From contig CAVSLV010000004.1 of the NCBI GenBank assembly GCA_963728915.1, forward strand, positions 64,001-128,000: a stretch of 64,000 bases of DNA. Reading direction: 5' to 3'. The notes below the pieces were generated by a model. The model ran no database searches and was not told the origin of the DNA. It worked only from the letters and a program-made list of their open reading frames with translations. Positions 1 to 9,661 of this stretch are shown one piece after another. The position numbers and the translations under genes are program-made. The DNA comes from an uncultured Gemmatimonadales bacterium. Its GTDB lineage: Bacteria; Gemmatimonadota; Gemmatimonadetes; Gemmatimonadales; GWC2-71-9. Numbering within the stretch: the first letter of the stretch is position 1; every line of letters starts with the position of its first letter.

Positions 1-503
1 CTCCCCGGCAGCATCCGACCAACGGCTGGCGCGATCCGGTTGGCGCGCGCGCTGACTCCCAGGGAGATCGAGTTGATGAACCAGCGGGACCAGCCTGCCC
101 CCTCTCTGGCGTGGCCATCGCCATGGCCCAGGTCCACGGGCCGCGGCGCCTCGGGTCGGAACGCCGCCACGGCACGAGCGGGATCGAGCGGGAGGTCCAG
201 GTTTCGCGAAATGTCATTGCCGGTGCCCGCCGGCACGATGCCCAGCCGCGTCGCCGCTCCGGCGGCAAGTATCCCGTTCATCACTTCGTGGATGGACCCG
301 TCTCCTCCGACCACCAGGATCGTCGGGTCGGGATGGCTGGTGGACCAGTCGCGGGCGTAGCGTTCGGCGTCGCCCGGGGCCGTGGTCAGCCGGGCTTCGA
401 GGCAGGGAAAACGAGCTTCGAGGAGAGAACGGACCCGCTGCCAGATCGCCGAGCCTCGACGGCGCCCGGCGACCGGATTGACGATACAGAGTGTGGCGGA
501 AAT
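1..503 (-). CDS. Diacylglycerol kinase family lipid kinase (YegS/DagK-like); runs off the window edge
   Basis: Not in the ORF track. Manual translation of the minus strand gives CIVNPVAGRR...ILVVGGDGSIHEVMNG...LGIVPAGTGNDISRNL...WFINSISLG, the DAGK motifs. Start uncertain (in-frame ATT at 503). Confidence 0.85.
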   Translation of the reverse strand, partial: MSATLCIVNPVAGRRRGSAIWQRVRSLLEARFPCLEARLTTAPGDAERYARDWSTSHPDPTILVVGGDGSIHEVMNGILAAGAATRLGIVPAGTGNDISRNLDLPLDPARAVAAFRPEAPRPVDLGHGDGHAREGAGWSRWFINSISLGVSARANRIAPAVGRMLPG

Positions 504-510
504 CCTCGGC

Positions 511-1581
511 CTATTCCCGGTGCGCTGTCTCCAGGTCCAGCAGGAACTGCTTCCTCCAGAGCCCTCCGCCATACCCGCGGAGCTGGCCATTCTTCTGGAT
601 CACGCGGTGGCAGGGAATGATGATCGGAATCCGGTTTCGACCGTTCGCGAGACCAACGGCCCGCTGCGCCCCGGCTCGACCGATCCGGAGAGCCAGCTCC
701 TCGTAGGAAACGGTCTCTCCGTATCCGATCCGGAGCAGCTCGGCCCAGACGGTCTGCTGGAATTCGGTACCCCGGAAATCGAGCGGGACCTCGAAGCTCT
801 TCCGGGTCCCCGCGAAGTACTCCTCCAGCTCCCGTCGGGCATCCTCGATGAACCGATGCGGGCCCGGGATGACCGGCTGTCCGTACCAGCGGGTCAGGTC
901 GGCGGCTTGATTAGGCAGTTTCTTCCGATCCGCGAACTCGAGCATGCAGAGTCCCCGCTCGGTGGCGGCGGCAAGCAGGGGCCCGAGCGGACTCGGCACC
1001 AGGGTAGCCAGGATTGGAGTGGTGTCGCGCGCTGCGGCAGGCGTGGTCCCGAACAGGCGCTTGAACGCTTCCCGGAATCCGCTGTCCGACTCGAAGCCGC
1101 TGTCGAAGCCGGCCGGGGTCACCGGTTGCCCTTCCCGCAGGCGATCCAGCGCGAACCCGAGCTGACGCGCCCGGGCATAGCCATGGAGAGTCATGCCGAA
1201 CTTCTCCCGAAAGTATCGCCGGGCGGTTGCCGGCTGAATGTGCATGCCACGGAGCGCCGCGTCGCTCAGGCGCCGGGCCGGCGCGCCATCGATGACCTCG
1301 ATGACCCGTTCCACCCACTCGGGGTGGCGACCGGCGGGCTCGAGCGGCTGGCACCGCTGGCAGGGACGATAGCCCGCCGCAAGCGCCAGATCCGAGCGGG
1401 CGAAGAATTCCACGTTTTTCACCAGGGGTTTGCGGGCCGGGCAGGTGGGTCGGCAGAAGATTCCGGTGGTCCGAATGCCCGCCACGAAAATCCCCTCGTA
1501 GCTCGCGTCCCGGTCCACCAGGGCGCGATACAGCTCCGCCGGGCGGGGAAGTCGGGTCGAGGAAATCACCGGGGCACTCAT
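511..1581 (-). CDS. ada: Bifunctional Ada: methylphosphotriester repair Zn domain, AraC HTH and O6-methylguanine methyltransferase
   Basis: GIFCRPTC, YRPCQRC, AraC-like SGFESDSGFREAF and PCHRV active site. Start trimmed to MSAPV at 1581. Confidence 0.95.
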   Translation of the reverse strand: MSAPVISSTRLPRPAELYRALVDRDASYEGIFVAGIRTTGIFCRPTCPARKPLVKNVEFFARSDLALAAGYRPCQRCQPLEPAGRHPEWVERVIEVIDGAPARRLSDAALRGMHIQPATARRYFREKFGMTLHGYARARQLGFALDRLREGQPVTPAGFDSGFESDSGFREAFKRLFGTTPAAARDTTPILATLVPSPLGPLLAAATERGLCMLEFADRKKLPNQAADLTRWYGQPVIPGPHRFIEDARRELEEYFAGTRKSFEVPLDFRGTEFQQTVWAELLRIGYGETVSYEELALRIGRAGAQRAVGLANGRNRIPIIIPCHRVIQKNGQLRGYGGGLWRKQFLLDLETAHRE

Positions 1582-1711
1582 GCTACCGAATCTAGAGCGT
1601 CCCGCGAACGCCGCCACCGGTGGTTGAACACCGAATTCTTGCCGCCCGGATCTCCTTGCCCGTCGCACCCGGCTCCGAGCACCTTTCACCACCTTCCCCA
1701 CGAGAACCTGC

Positions 1712-3493
1712 ATGCGCGTCCTGCCGGTCGACTGGCTCATCGTCCTGATCGCGGTTGGCCTCTCCTTTCTTCCCGCCCTGGTCATGGCGCGCCGGGCGGG
1801 AAAGAGCACCGCCGAGTTCTTCACCTCGGGACGTTCGGCGCCGTGGTGGCTGATCGGCGTGTCGATGGTCGCCACCACGTTCAGCACCGACACCCCGAAC
1901 CTGGTGACCAACCTGGTGCGAGAGAAGGGAGTGGCCAACAACTGGCAGTGGTGGGCCTTTCTTCTCACCGGCATGGCGACGGTGTTCTTCTATTCGCGAC
2001 TGTGGCGGCGCTCCCGGGTGCTCACCGATCTCGAATTCTACGAAATCCGGTACGCCGGGCCCGCCGCGAGCTTCGTGCGGGGATTTCGGGCCGTCTACCT
2101 CGGGTTGTTCTTCAACTGCGTCATCATCGCGTCGGTGAATCTCGCCGCCGCCAAGATCGCGAATGTGATGCTGGGCTGGCCCATGGGGAAGACCCTGCTG
2201 ATCTGCGCCTTCATCAACGTGGCGTTCGCGGCGACTTCCGGTCTCTGGGGAGTCCTGGTGACCGACTTCATCCAGTTCGGAATCGCCATGGCCGGCTCGT
2301 TCTCGGCGGCCTACTTCGCGCTCAAGCAGCCCGAAGTGGGCGGGCTCGCGGGACTGGTGTCCCGGATCGACCCCCACACGCTCCACCTGCTTCCGGATTT
2401 CGGCGACTGGGGTCTCACCCTCTCCGTGCTCATCATTCCGCTTACGGTGCAATGGTGGTCGGTCTGGTATCCGGGCGCCGAGCCGGGCGGCGGGAGTTAC
2501 ATCGCCCAGCGGATGCTCGCCGCCAGGAGCGAACGCGACGCGATGACCGGCACCCTGCTGTTCAATGTGGCGCACTACGCCCTCCGCTCCTGGCCCTGGA
2601 TCATCGTCGCCCTTTCGTCCATCCTGGTGTATCCCACCCTCGGCGACATCGCTCGCACCTTCCCCTACGTCGATCCCCACCTCATCGGGCACGACATGGC
2701 CTATCCGGCGATGCTGCGCTTCCTCCCCGCCGGGTTCATGGGTTTGATGCTGGCCGGGATGCTCGCGGCGTATGTCTCGACGATCTCCACCCAGCTCAAC
2801 TGGGGCACGTCGTACCTGGTCCATGATCTCTACCGCCGGTTCCTCCGTCCCGGCGCCAGCGAGCGTCACTACGTCGCGGCCGGGCGGATCACGACCGTCC
2901 TGCTGATGACGGCGGCGGCCGCGTTCACCTTCGCGCTCGACTCCGCCCGCGAAACCTTCGATCTGCTCCTGTCGATCGGCGCGGGGACCGGCCTGCTGTA
3001 CCTGCTCCGCTGGTTCTGGTGGCGCATCAATGCCTGGAGCGAGATCGCGGCGATGGCCAGCTCGTTTGCGATTTCGATCGGGTTCTTTCTGGCCCGCAAG
3101 AGCGGAGTCGAGATCGCCCCCTGGGCGTCGCTGGTGGTCACCGTGCTGGCGACCACGCTCGTGTGGGTCGCGGTCACCCTGCTGACGCGTCCCGCGGATG
3201 AGGGGGCCCTGGTCCGGTTCTATCGGCTGGTGAGGCCGGCCGGCCCCGGCTGGCAGCCGATTGCCGCCAAGGCCGGACCCCTCGACATGCCCCCCGATCC
3301 CCTGAGTCGCTCGCTGCTCGGCTGGGTCCTCGGCTGCACCTTCGTGTACGCGGCCCTGTTTGGAACCGGGAGCTTCATTTACGGGAAAACCGGGCCGGGC
3401 GTGTTATGGGCAGCCGTGTTTGTGGTGAGCGGCGTTGGACTGTTCCGGTTGTTGCCGAAGTTCTGGGCGGGCACGAGGGAGGAGCCGGCCTGA
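1712..3493 (+). CDS. Sodium:solute symporter (SSS) family transporter
   Basis: About 14 hydrophobic segments; EFFTSGRSAPWW, SMVATTFSTDTP, YIAQRMLAA, GMLAAYVSTISTQLN. Confidence 0.93.
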   Translation: MRVLPVDWLIVLIAVGLSFLPALVMARRAGKSTAEFFTSGRSAPWWLIGVSMVATTFSTDTPNLVTNLVREKGVANNWQWWAFLLTGMATVFFYSRLWRRSRVLTDLEFYEIRYAGPAASFVRGFRAVYLGLFFNCVIIASVNLAAAKIANVMLGWPMGKTLLICAFINVAFAATSGLWGVLVTDFIQFGIAMAGSFSAAYFALKQPEVGGLAGLVSRIDPHTLHLLPDFGDWGLTLSVLIIPLTVQWWSVWYPGAEPGGGSYIAQRMLAARSERDAMTGTLLFNVAHYALRSWPWIIVALSSILVYPTLGDIARTFPYVDPHLIGHDMAYPAMLRFLPAGFMGLMLAGMLAAYVSTISTQLNWGTSYLVHDLYRRFLRPGASERHYVAAGRITTVLLMTAAAAFTFALDSARETFDLLLSIGAGTGLLYLLRWFWWRINAWSEIAAMASSFAISIGFFLARKSGVEIAPWASLVVTVLATTLVWVAVTLLTRPADEGALVRFYRLVRPAGPGWQPIAAKAGPLDMPPDPLSRSLLGWVLGCTFVYAALFGTGSFIYGKTGPGVLWAAVFVVSGVGLFRLLPKFWAGTREEPA

Positions 3494-4308
3494 CCGACAA
3501 AGCCGTCGTCCTCGCGGCGGGGCGGGGAACCCGAATGCGGGAAGGGTCTTTCCCCGCCACGCTCACTTCCGCCCAGCGCGACCTGGCGGCCCGCGGACTC
3601 AAGGCGATGATTCCCCTGGGACCCGGGGCGCAACCGTTTCTCGTCTACCTGTTGAGCCGTCTCGCCGACGCCGGCCTCATTCGAATCTGTCTGGTGCTTT
3701 CCCCCGCCCAGCGGGAAGTGCTGGAGTTCATTCGCCATATGGCGCCCTCGCGGATCGCTCTGGACCACGTGGTCCAGGACCAGCCGCTCGGCACCGCCCA
3801 CGCGGTGCTCGCGGCCGAAGGATTTGCCGGAACCGATCCGGTGGTCGTGGTCAACGGAGACAACCTTTACCCCGAAGCCGCCCTGCGCGCCCTCCGGACC
3901 ACGCCGAGCGCCGGTCTCCTGGGGTTTCGCAAGTCGACCCTCATTCGGGAAGGGAACATTCCCGCCGAACGGATCAATGCCTTCGCGTTGATTGCCGCGG
4001 ATGCTTCCGGCCGGCTCCTCCGCATTCTCGAAAAGCCGACTCCCGCCGACGCCGCCGGATTCCCTGCCGATCCCCTTGTGAGCATGAATGCCTGGCTGCT
4101 TCCTCCCTCCATCTTCCGGGCCTGTCGCGCCATCCCACCGTCCAACCGGGGGGAGCTCGAGCTCCAGGATGCGGTCCGATTTGCCATACAGCGTCTTGGA
4201 GAGCAATTCACGGTGATCGAAACCGGTGGCGCGGTGCTCGACCTCTCCGGTCCCTCCGACATCCCCGAGGTCGAAGCGAGGCTTCAGGGAATGCGGATCG
4301 GCCTGTGA
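3490..4308 (+). CDS. Sugar-1-phosphate nucleotidyltransferase (NTP_transferase family)
   Basis: KAVVLAAGRGTRM, QDQPLGTAHA, NGDNLY, EKP, RGELEL. Probable CTG start overlapping the upstream TGA, after GGAGGAG. Confidence 0.88.
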   Translation: MTDKAVVLAAGRGTRMREGSFPATLTSAQRDLAARGLKAMIPLGPGAQPFLVYLLSRLADAGLIRICLVLSPAQREVLEFIRHMAPSRIALDHVVQDQPLGTAHAVLAAEGFAGTDPVVVVNGDNLYPEAALRALRTTPSAGLLGFRKSTLIREGNIPAERINAFALIAADASGRLLRILEKPTPADAAGFPADPLVSMNAWLLPPSIFRACRAIPPSNRGELELQDAVRFAIQRLGEQFTVIETGGAVLDLSGPSDIPEVEARLQGMRIGL

Positions 4309-5570
4309 GCGATGCCGGTCCAGCCTTCCGGAAGGACCTGCTCGGCGGAAAGGCCGAGCTCGGCTGGTTCGTGCCGGGCCGGGTCGAAGTGCTGGGCAAG
4401 CATACCGACTACGCCGGCGGCCGGAGCCTGGTTTGCGCGATCGAGCGCGGGTTCCGGTTCGTGGCGCGGTGCTCGGGAGACCGGGTGCTCACCATAACCC
4501 GCGCCGATTCGGGGGAGCGAGTCCGCATCCCCCTCGACCCCGGTCTGCCAATCCCGGAAGGAGAATGGGCCGCCTTTCCTTCGGTGGTCGCACGCCGGCT
4601 GGCGCGCGACTTCGGGATCACTCACGGGGTCGAGCTGGCCTTCGGGAGCGATCTGCCGGTCGCGGCGGGCCTCTCCAGCGGCAGCGCCCTCACCATCGGA
4701 GTGTTTCTCGCCCTCGCGGAGGCGAATGCCCTCGCCGCCCATCCTCGGTATCGAGCCCATCTGACCGAGCCGTCGGCGCTGGCCGAATACCTCGGCTGTC
4801 TCGAGAATGGCCGCGGGTTCGGGCCCTTCGAGGGCGGAGCCGGTGTGGGCACCATGGGGGGATGCGAAGACCAGGCCGCCATCCTGCTCGCGGAGAAAGG
4901 GACGCTCAAGCAGTTTCGCTTCGTTCCGGTATTGCTCGAACGGACAGTACCCTTTCCTGAGAAACTGACTTTCGTGGTTGGGTCGAGCGGGGTGGTTGCG
5001 GAGAAGACCGCGGGCGCCCTGGCGTCCTACAACGCGGCAGCGGCGGCGCTGGCAGAGTGGTCGGAGTGGTCGGAGGGGGCAGGGTCGCCGGTAGGTCTTC
5101 GACGGCCCGGTAGCCTCGGGGAATTTCTGCGCCTCAGCCCTGACGCGTTGCCGCGGCTTCGGAGTCGGCTGGCGACCCGGCCCGCAATCCTGGCCCGGCT
5201 AGAGCAATTCGTTGCCGAAAGCGAGGAGATCGTTCCCCGGGCGGCCGACGCATTCCTTGCCGGAGACCTGGACCGCTTCGGAGCGCTGGTGGATCGCTCC
5301 CAGGAAGGCGCCGAGCGCGCCTTGAGGAATCAGGTCCCCGAAACCGTCCACCTGCAGCGGAGCGCGCGGCGGCTTGGCGCGCTGGCGGCATCCGCGTTCG
5401 GGGCTGGCTTCGGTGGAAGCGTCTGGGCCCTGGTCGAGAGCCAGGGAGCCGAGGCGTTCCGGCTCGGGTGGGAGCGGGACTACGAAATCGCATTTCCGGG
5501 CCGGCGGGCCGGGGCAGAATTCTTCCTGACCCGGCCCGGCGAGGGTGCCCGGAGGATCGAGGTGGGCTAA
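4305..5570 (+). CDS. Galactokinase-like GHMP sugar kinase (variant motif)
   Basis: PGRVEVLGKHTDYAGG, PVAAGLSSGSA, FGAGFGGS. GTGA overlap with the upstream stop. Confidence 0.88.
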   Translation: MSDAGPAFRKDLLGGKAELGWFVPGRVEVLGKHTDYAGGRSLVCAIERGFRFVARCSGDRVLTITRADSGERVRIPLDPGLPIPEGEWAAFPSVVARRLARDFGITHGVELAFGSDLPVAAGLSSGSALTIGVFLALAEANALAAHPRYRAHLTEPSALAEYLGCLENGRGFGPFEGGAGVGTMGGCEDQAAILLAEKGTLKQFRFVPVLLERTVPFPEKLTFVVGSSGVVAEKTAGALASYNAAAAALAEWSEWSEGAGSPVGLRRPGSLGEFLRLSPDALPRLRSRLATRPAILARLEQFVAESEEIVPRAADAFLAGDLDRFGALVDRSQEGAERALRNQVPETVHLQRSARRLGALAASAFGAGFGGSVWALVESQGAEAFRLGWERDYEIAFPGRRAGAEFFLTRPGEGARRIEVG

Positions 5571-7891
5571 CGCCTGGGCAGCAGGTGCTCCTCGAACAGC
5601 TCGAAGATCCGCCGGTACTCGTCGGTCCAGGAGGATGGCCGCACGAATCCGTGGCTCTCCACCGGATAGGAAGCCAGCTCCCACCCGGTCTTGCCCAGCT
5701 CGATCAGCCGCTCCTCGAGTCGCACGATGTCCTGATAGTGCACGTTCACGTCCACCATGCCATGCGCCATCAGCAGCGGCCGGTTGAGTCCCTCGGCGAA
5801 AAAGATCGGCGACGACCGGCGATACGCCAGGGTGTCGTTCTGCGGCAGGTTCAGGATGCGGCCGGTATAGGGATGGTTGTAGTGGGCCCAGTCGGTCACC
5901 GAGCGAAGCGCCGCCCCGGCGCCGAAGTCCGCGCCGGCGGTGAACAGCGCCATCAGGGTCATGAACCCGCCGTAGCTCCCTCCGTAAATCCCGATCCGCC
6001 CGGGCGGAATCCCGAGCTCCCGCTGGAGGTAGCGCGAGCCGTCGACCTGGTCCTGAAGATCCCGGCCGCCCATCCACCGGTAGATCGCGGTCCGCCAGTC
6101 GCGCCCATAACCCGCGGAGGCGCGATAGTCGATGTCCAGCACCACGTACCCCTTGGACGCGAGGTAGTGGTTGAACATGTACTCCCGGGAATAACTCGAC
6201 CAGTAGCGGTGCACGTTGTGGAGGTAGCCCGCCCCGTGCACGAAGATGACCGCGGCCCCATTGGGGCGCGCGCCGAGATCGGCGGGCCGGTAGATCCGGG
6301 CCGGCACCTCTACGCCGTCCGAGGCTTTGATGGTGATGATGTCCGGCTTGATCCACGGGAAGCTCAGCCACTCGGCGGTGGGTGAGGTGGTGAGCTGGGA
6401 CAGCACGGTGGCGGGACGGTAGGGCCCGACGTACAGCTCGGGCGGGCGATTCGCGGTGGAATACAGATCGGCGATCGTCGTCCCGTCGGGTGAAACCGTC
6501 ACCGTATGCCCACCCACCGCGGTGGTGATCCGCTCCATCGGGCCCCCACCGACCGGCATCCGGTAGAAGTGCCGCTCGAAAGGCGACACTTCGCTGGTGT
6601 GAAGCTCGAAGAAGCGGCGGTCGTCCGAGATGTTCGCGTCCAGCACTTCCCAGTGCCCGCTGGTGAGCTGGCGCCGGTCGGAGCCGTCGTCGTTGACGGT
6701 GTAGAGGTGGGCGAACCCGGACGCCTCGCTCACGAACCAGACCCGGTTTCCAGCGGGCAGGAAGCCCCCGCACGGATAGCACGGTCCGCCCACCCACGCG
6801 CTGTCGCGCAAGGTGTCGATGGGCCGGAGCGAGCCATCCCGGCCGTCGAGACGGTGGAGATACCGTTCCTTGAAATCGGCTCGCTCGGCGAACACCAGGG
6901 CCTCGGTTCCCGCATTGTTCCAGCCCAGGAGTGCCGTGATCGACGGGGTCGCGGTGGAATCGCCCGGGATCGGCCCGAGCCACCGAATCTCTCCATTCGG
7001 CAGCGACATGAACGCGAGCCGCCCACCGCTCTGCAGGTCGCCCACCTTGGTCCGGCCCCGCATTTCTTCGGTGTATCCGGACTGGGTGACCCAGGTCGGG
7101 ATCGTCACCGGCTGGGCTCCGGTCGCCTGAATCGTGGTGGTGAGGACCAGCCCGGTTCCCGCCGGCGACACACTGAGACCGGTGACCCGCTCGTTGGGGC
7201 GGAGATACAACGTCTTCACCCGCTCCCGGTCTTCCCGTTCGGCTTTCGCGATCGAATCCTCCCGGAGCCGGTCCCGAACCGATTCGAACAACGATCGCTG
7301 CTGCTCGATCAGCGCGGCCCGCTGGAGGGCGCGGTGCAGGGAATCGGCGGGGGCCGGACCGGGGCGCACATCGGTGATCTGGCGGATCGTCGGCCCGGCC
7401 AGATCCAGCGCCATCAGGTTCATCCCGTCCCGCACGAAATACACGGTGCCCCCGTCGGCGGAAAACGACGGGTTGTTCTCGGTAATGGTCGGGGTATCGG
7501 TGAGCCGCCGGGTCGCGCCGGTTTTCACTTCGACCAGAAAGAGGTCTCCACGGTACGAGACCACTCTCCGCCGGCCGTCCCGCGAGAGATCACCGGCTTC
7601 GAGCTGGGGGCCGACACTGTCCATGTGCTCGCGGGTGACCTGCTCCGGTTTGGCACCGGCCTGGGCCCGGACCCGGTAGGGCTTCAGGGACTCCTGCCAG
7701 GGCGAACCCGGCGGCAGCCAGGAGAAGTAGATCCACCGCCCGTCCTGGGTGAACCGGGGCCGCTCTGGCTCGCGCCCGTAGACTTCGGGACCCCGCATGA
7801 TGTTGGGGATGGTGAACTCGAAGGCGGGGGCCGCGGACTGGGCCAGGAGCGTTCCCGGCGGGAGGGCGAGGAGAAAAACGGTCAAACGCAT
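5567..7891 (-). CDS. S9 family (dipeptidyl-peptidase IV-like) secreted peptidase
   Basis: Signal peptide, beta-propeller repeats, GGSYGG nucleophile, HGMVDVNV and ESHGF completing the triad. Confidence 0.93.
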   Translation of the reverse strand: MRLTVFLLALPPGTLLAQSAAPAFEFTIPNIMRGPEVYGREPERPRFTQDGRWIYFSWLPPGSPWQESLKPYRVRAQAGAKPEQVTREHMDSVGPQLEAGDLSRDGRRRVVSYRGDLFLVEVKTGATRRLTDTPTITENNPSFSADGGTVYFVRDGMNLMALDLAGPTIRQITDVRPGPAPADSLHRALQRAALIEQQRSLFESVRDRLREDSIAKAEREDRERVKTLYLRPNERVTGLSVSPAGTGLVLTTTIQATGAQPVTIPTWVTQSGYTEEMRGRTKVGDLQSGGRLAFMSLPNGEIRWLGPIPGDSTATPSITALLGWNNAGTEALVFAERADFKERYLHRLDGRDGSLRPIDTLRDSAWVGGPCYPCGGFLPAGNRVWFVSEASGFAHLYTVNDDGSDRRQLTSGHWEVLDANISDDRRFFELHTSEVSPFERHFYRMPVGGGPMERITTAVGGHTVTVSPDGTTIADLYSTANRPPELYVGPYRPATVLSQLTTSPTAEWLSFPWIKPDIITIKASDGVEVPARIYRPADLGARPNGAAVIFVHGAGYLHNVHRYWSSYSREYMFNHYLASKGYVVLDIDYRASAGYGRDWRTAIYRWMGGRDLQDQVDGSRYLQRELGIPPGRIGIYGGSYGGFMTLMALFTAGADFGAGAALRSVTDWAHYNHPYTGRILNLPQNDTLAYRRSSPIFFAEGLNRPLLMAHGMVDVNVHYQDIVRLEERLIELGKTGWELASYPVESHGFVRPSSWTDEYRRIFELFEEHLLPRR

Positions 7892-7926
7892 GGCACCCTC
7901 GAAACGTGGGGACGAGCGCAGGGAGA

Positions 7927-8799
7927 CTAGACGTCGCACAACTGGAAGGCCTCGCGGAGCGACGTGAGCGGGTCCCGGGTCGGCACGAATTCGTGGGCGA
8001 CATAACCCGCAAAGCCCAGGTCGGCGATCGCCCGGCAGATGGTCCGCCAGTTGAGCTCCTGGGTGTCGTCCAGCTCGTGCCGCCCGGGAACTCCGCCGGT
8101 ATGGAAATGGCCGAGATAGGCGAAGTTGTTCCGGATGGTGCGGATCACGTCGCCCTCCATGATCTGCATGTGATAGATGTCGTAGAGGAGCTTGACCCGG
8201 GGTGAGCCGACCCCCTGCATGACCCGGACCCCGAACGCGGTGTGATCACCCATGTAGTCCTTGTGATCCACCTTGCTGTTGAGCAGCTCGACGCACACCG
8301 TGACGCCGTGCTGCTCGGCCAGCGGGGCGATCCGGCGCAGTCCCTCGATACAGTTCCGGGCCCCTTCGTCGTCGCCGCGTCCCTTCCGGTTGCCGAACAT
8401 GGCGATCAGGTTGGGCACGCCGGCCGCCGCGGCGAGCGGCAGCGTGTCGGTCAGCTCCTGCACCAGCACATCGTGCATCGCCGGGTCGTTGAAGCCGCTG
8501 GTGAGGAAATCCCGCCGCCTGGTGGGATAGCCCATCGAGCAGACCAGCCCGGCCTCCTTGACGGTGGCCCACTGGTCCGGCTGGAGCAGATCGATCGCCA
8601 CCAGCCCGATCTCCTTCGCGGCCCGGGCGAATTGATCGAGGGGAATCTTCTCATAGGGCCAGTAAGAAACCGATTGCTTGAGGCGGCCGGCCGGCCGGTC
8701 GGTCGAGCTGCCGGACCGGCGGACCGTTCCCGGCAAGACCAGGCCTCCGGCGCCCACCGCCAGGGCACCGAGCGCTTCCCGGCGCGTCATCCGCTTCAC
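7927..8799 (-). CDS. Hydroxypyruvate isomerase-like TIM-barrel protein, Tat-exported
   Basis: TRREAL twin-arginine signal; ELLNSKVDH, LLYDIYHMQIMEGD, HFHTGGVPGRHE, HEF. Confidence 0.88.
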   Translation of the reverse strand: MKRMTRREALGALAVGAGGLVLPGTVRRSGSSTDRPAGRLKQSVSYWPYEKIPLDQFARAAKEIGLVAIDLLQPDQWATVKEAGLVCSMGYPTRRRDFLTSGFNDPAMHDVLVQELTDTLPLAAAAGVPNLIAMFGNRKGRGDDEGARNCIEGLRRIAPLAEQHGVTVCVELLNSKVDHKDYMGDHTAFGVRVMQGVGSPRVKLLYDIYHMQIMEGDVIRTIRNNFAYLGHFHTGGVPGRHELDDTQELNWRTICRAIADLGFAGYVAHEFVPTRDPLTSLREAFQLCDV

Positions 8800-8806
8800 C
8801 GGCGCG

Positions 8807-9661
8807 CTAATACTTGAGCTCCCGGAGGTACTTGAAGCTGGCCGCCGCGCTCGCGAAGGGATCCCCCGGCGTCACGTCCTGCTCGTAGAAATAGTGCACG
8901 ATTCCCGCTTTCCTGGCCCGGCGAAAGATGGCCGGGAAATCGATGATGCCGGTTCCCGCGTCGGCGAAGAACTTCCGCGGCGTGGCGTCCATGTCCTTGA
9001 CGTGCACCATCGGGAAACGGCCGGGCCACCGGTCGAAATAGTCCACCGGATCCTTGCCGGCCTTGGTGACCCAGTAGAGATCCATCTCCAGCTTGACCAG
9101 CTTGGGGTCGGTCGCCGAGAGCAGCACGTCGTAGGGGACCAGGCCCTCCATCGGATGGAATTCGAAATCGTGATTGTGATAACAGAAGGTGAGGCCCCGC
9201 TTGGCGGCGGCTTCACCGGCTCGATTGAACCGGGTCGCGACCCGCTTCCAATCGTCCACCGACTGCCGGTCGCCACCACCGATGGACGGCACCACCACGA
9301 ACTTCTGCCCCAGCGTGGCCGCCACGTCGAGCACCCGCTCCCAATCGGCGTCCGTGGCCGGAAGCCCCACGTGGCTGGAGGGAATCGTGAGCCCGTGGCG
9401 GCGGAGCATTCGCTGGAACTCCTCCGGGCTTCCCGGTGGATACCCGGCGGCCTCCACTTCCCGAAAGCCGATTTCCGCCAGGCGGGCCAGGGTTTGTTCC
9501 GGATCGTCCTGAAAGGCGCGCCGCACCGTGTAGAGCTGGATCCCGATTCGCCCCAGCTGTTCCGCGGGAGCGAAGCGGAGGATCGTCGCGAATCGGGAAC
9601 CGATCAGGGCCGCACCGCCGGCCCGCAGGAGGGAACGCCTGCTCGGTCCGCCTGTGCTCAC
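8807..9661 (-). CDS. Sugar phosphate isomerase/epimerase (IolE / xylose-isomerase-like TIM barrel), Tat-exported
   Basis: SRRSLL signal; GIQLYTVR, YHNHDFEF, EMDLYW, HVKD, YEQD. GTG start overlaps the GMC gene stop. Confidence 0.88.
   Translation of the reverse strand: MSTGGPSRRSLLRAGGAALIGSRFATILRFAPAEQLGRIGIQLYTVRRAFQDDPEQTLARLAEIGFREVEAAGYPPGSPEEFQRMLRRHGLTIPSSHVGLPATDADWERVLDVAATLGQKFVVVPSIGGGDRQSVDDWKRVATRFNRAGEAAAKRGLTFCYHNHDFEFHPMEGLVPYDVLLSATDPKLVKLEMDLYWVTKAGKDPVDYFDRWPGRFPMVHVKDMDATPRKFFADAGTGIIDFPAIFRRARKAGIVHYFYEQDVTPGDPFASAAASFKYLRELKY

Noticed and set aside
382..2826. Long alternative-frame and antisense ORFs (e.g. 382-2826, 15735-18401, 34531-36540, 49384-51450, 53519-55885)
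   Set aside because: They shadow genes with clear motifs, are Arg/Gly/Pro-rich and have no motifs of their own; expected from stop-codon scarcity at high GC.
3435..5570. 711-aa ORF suggesting a nucleotidyltransferase-kinase fusion
   Set aside because: The two enzymes are in different frames with a normal GTGA stop/start overlap at 4305-4308; the upstream extension is a spurious open frame.
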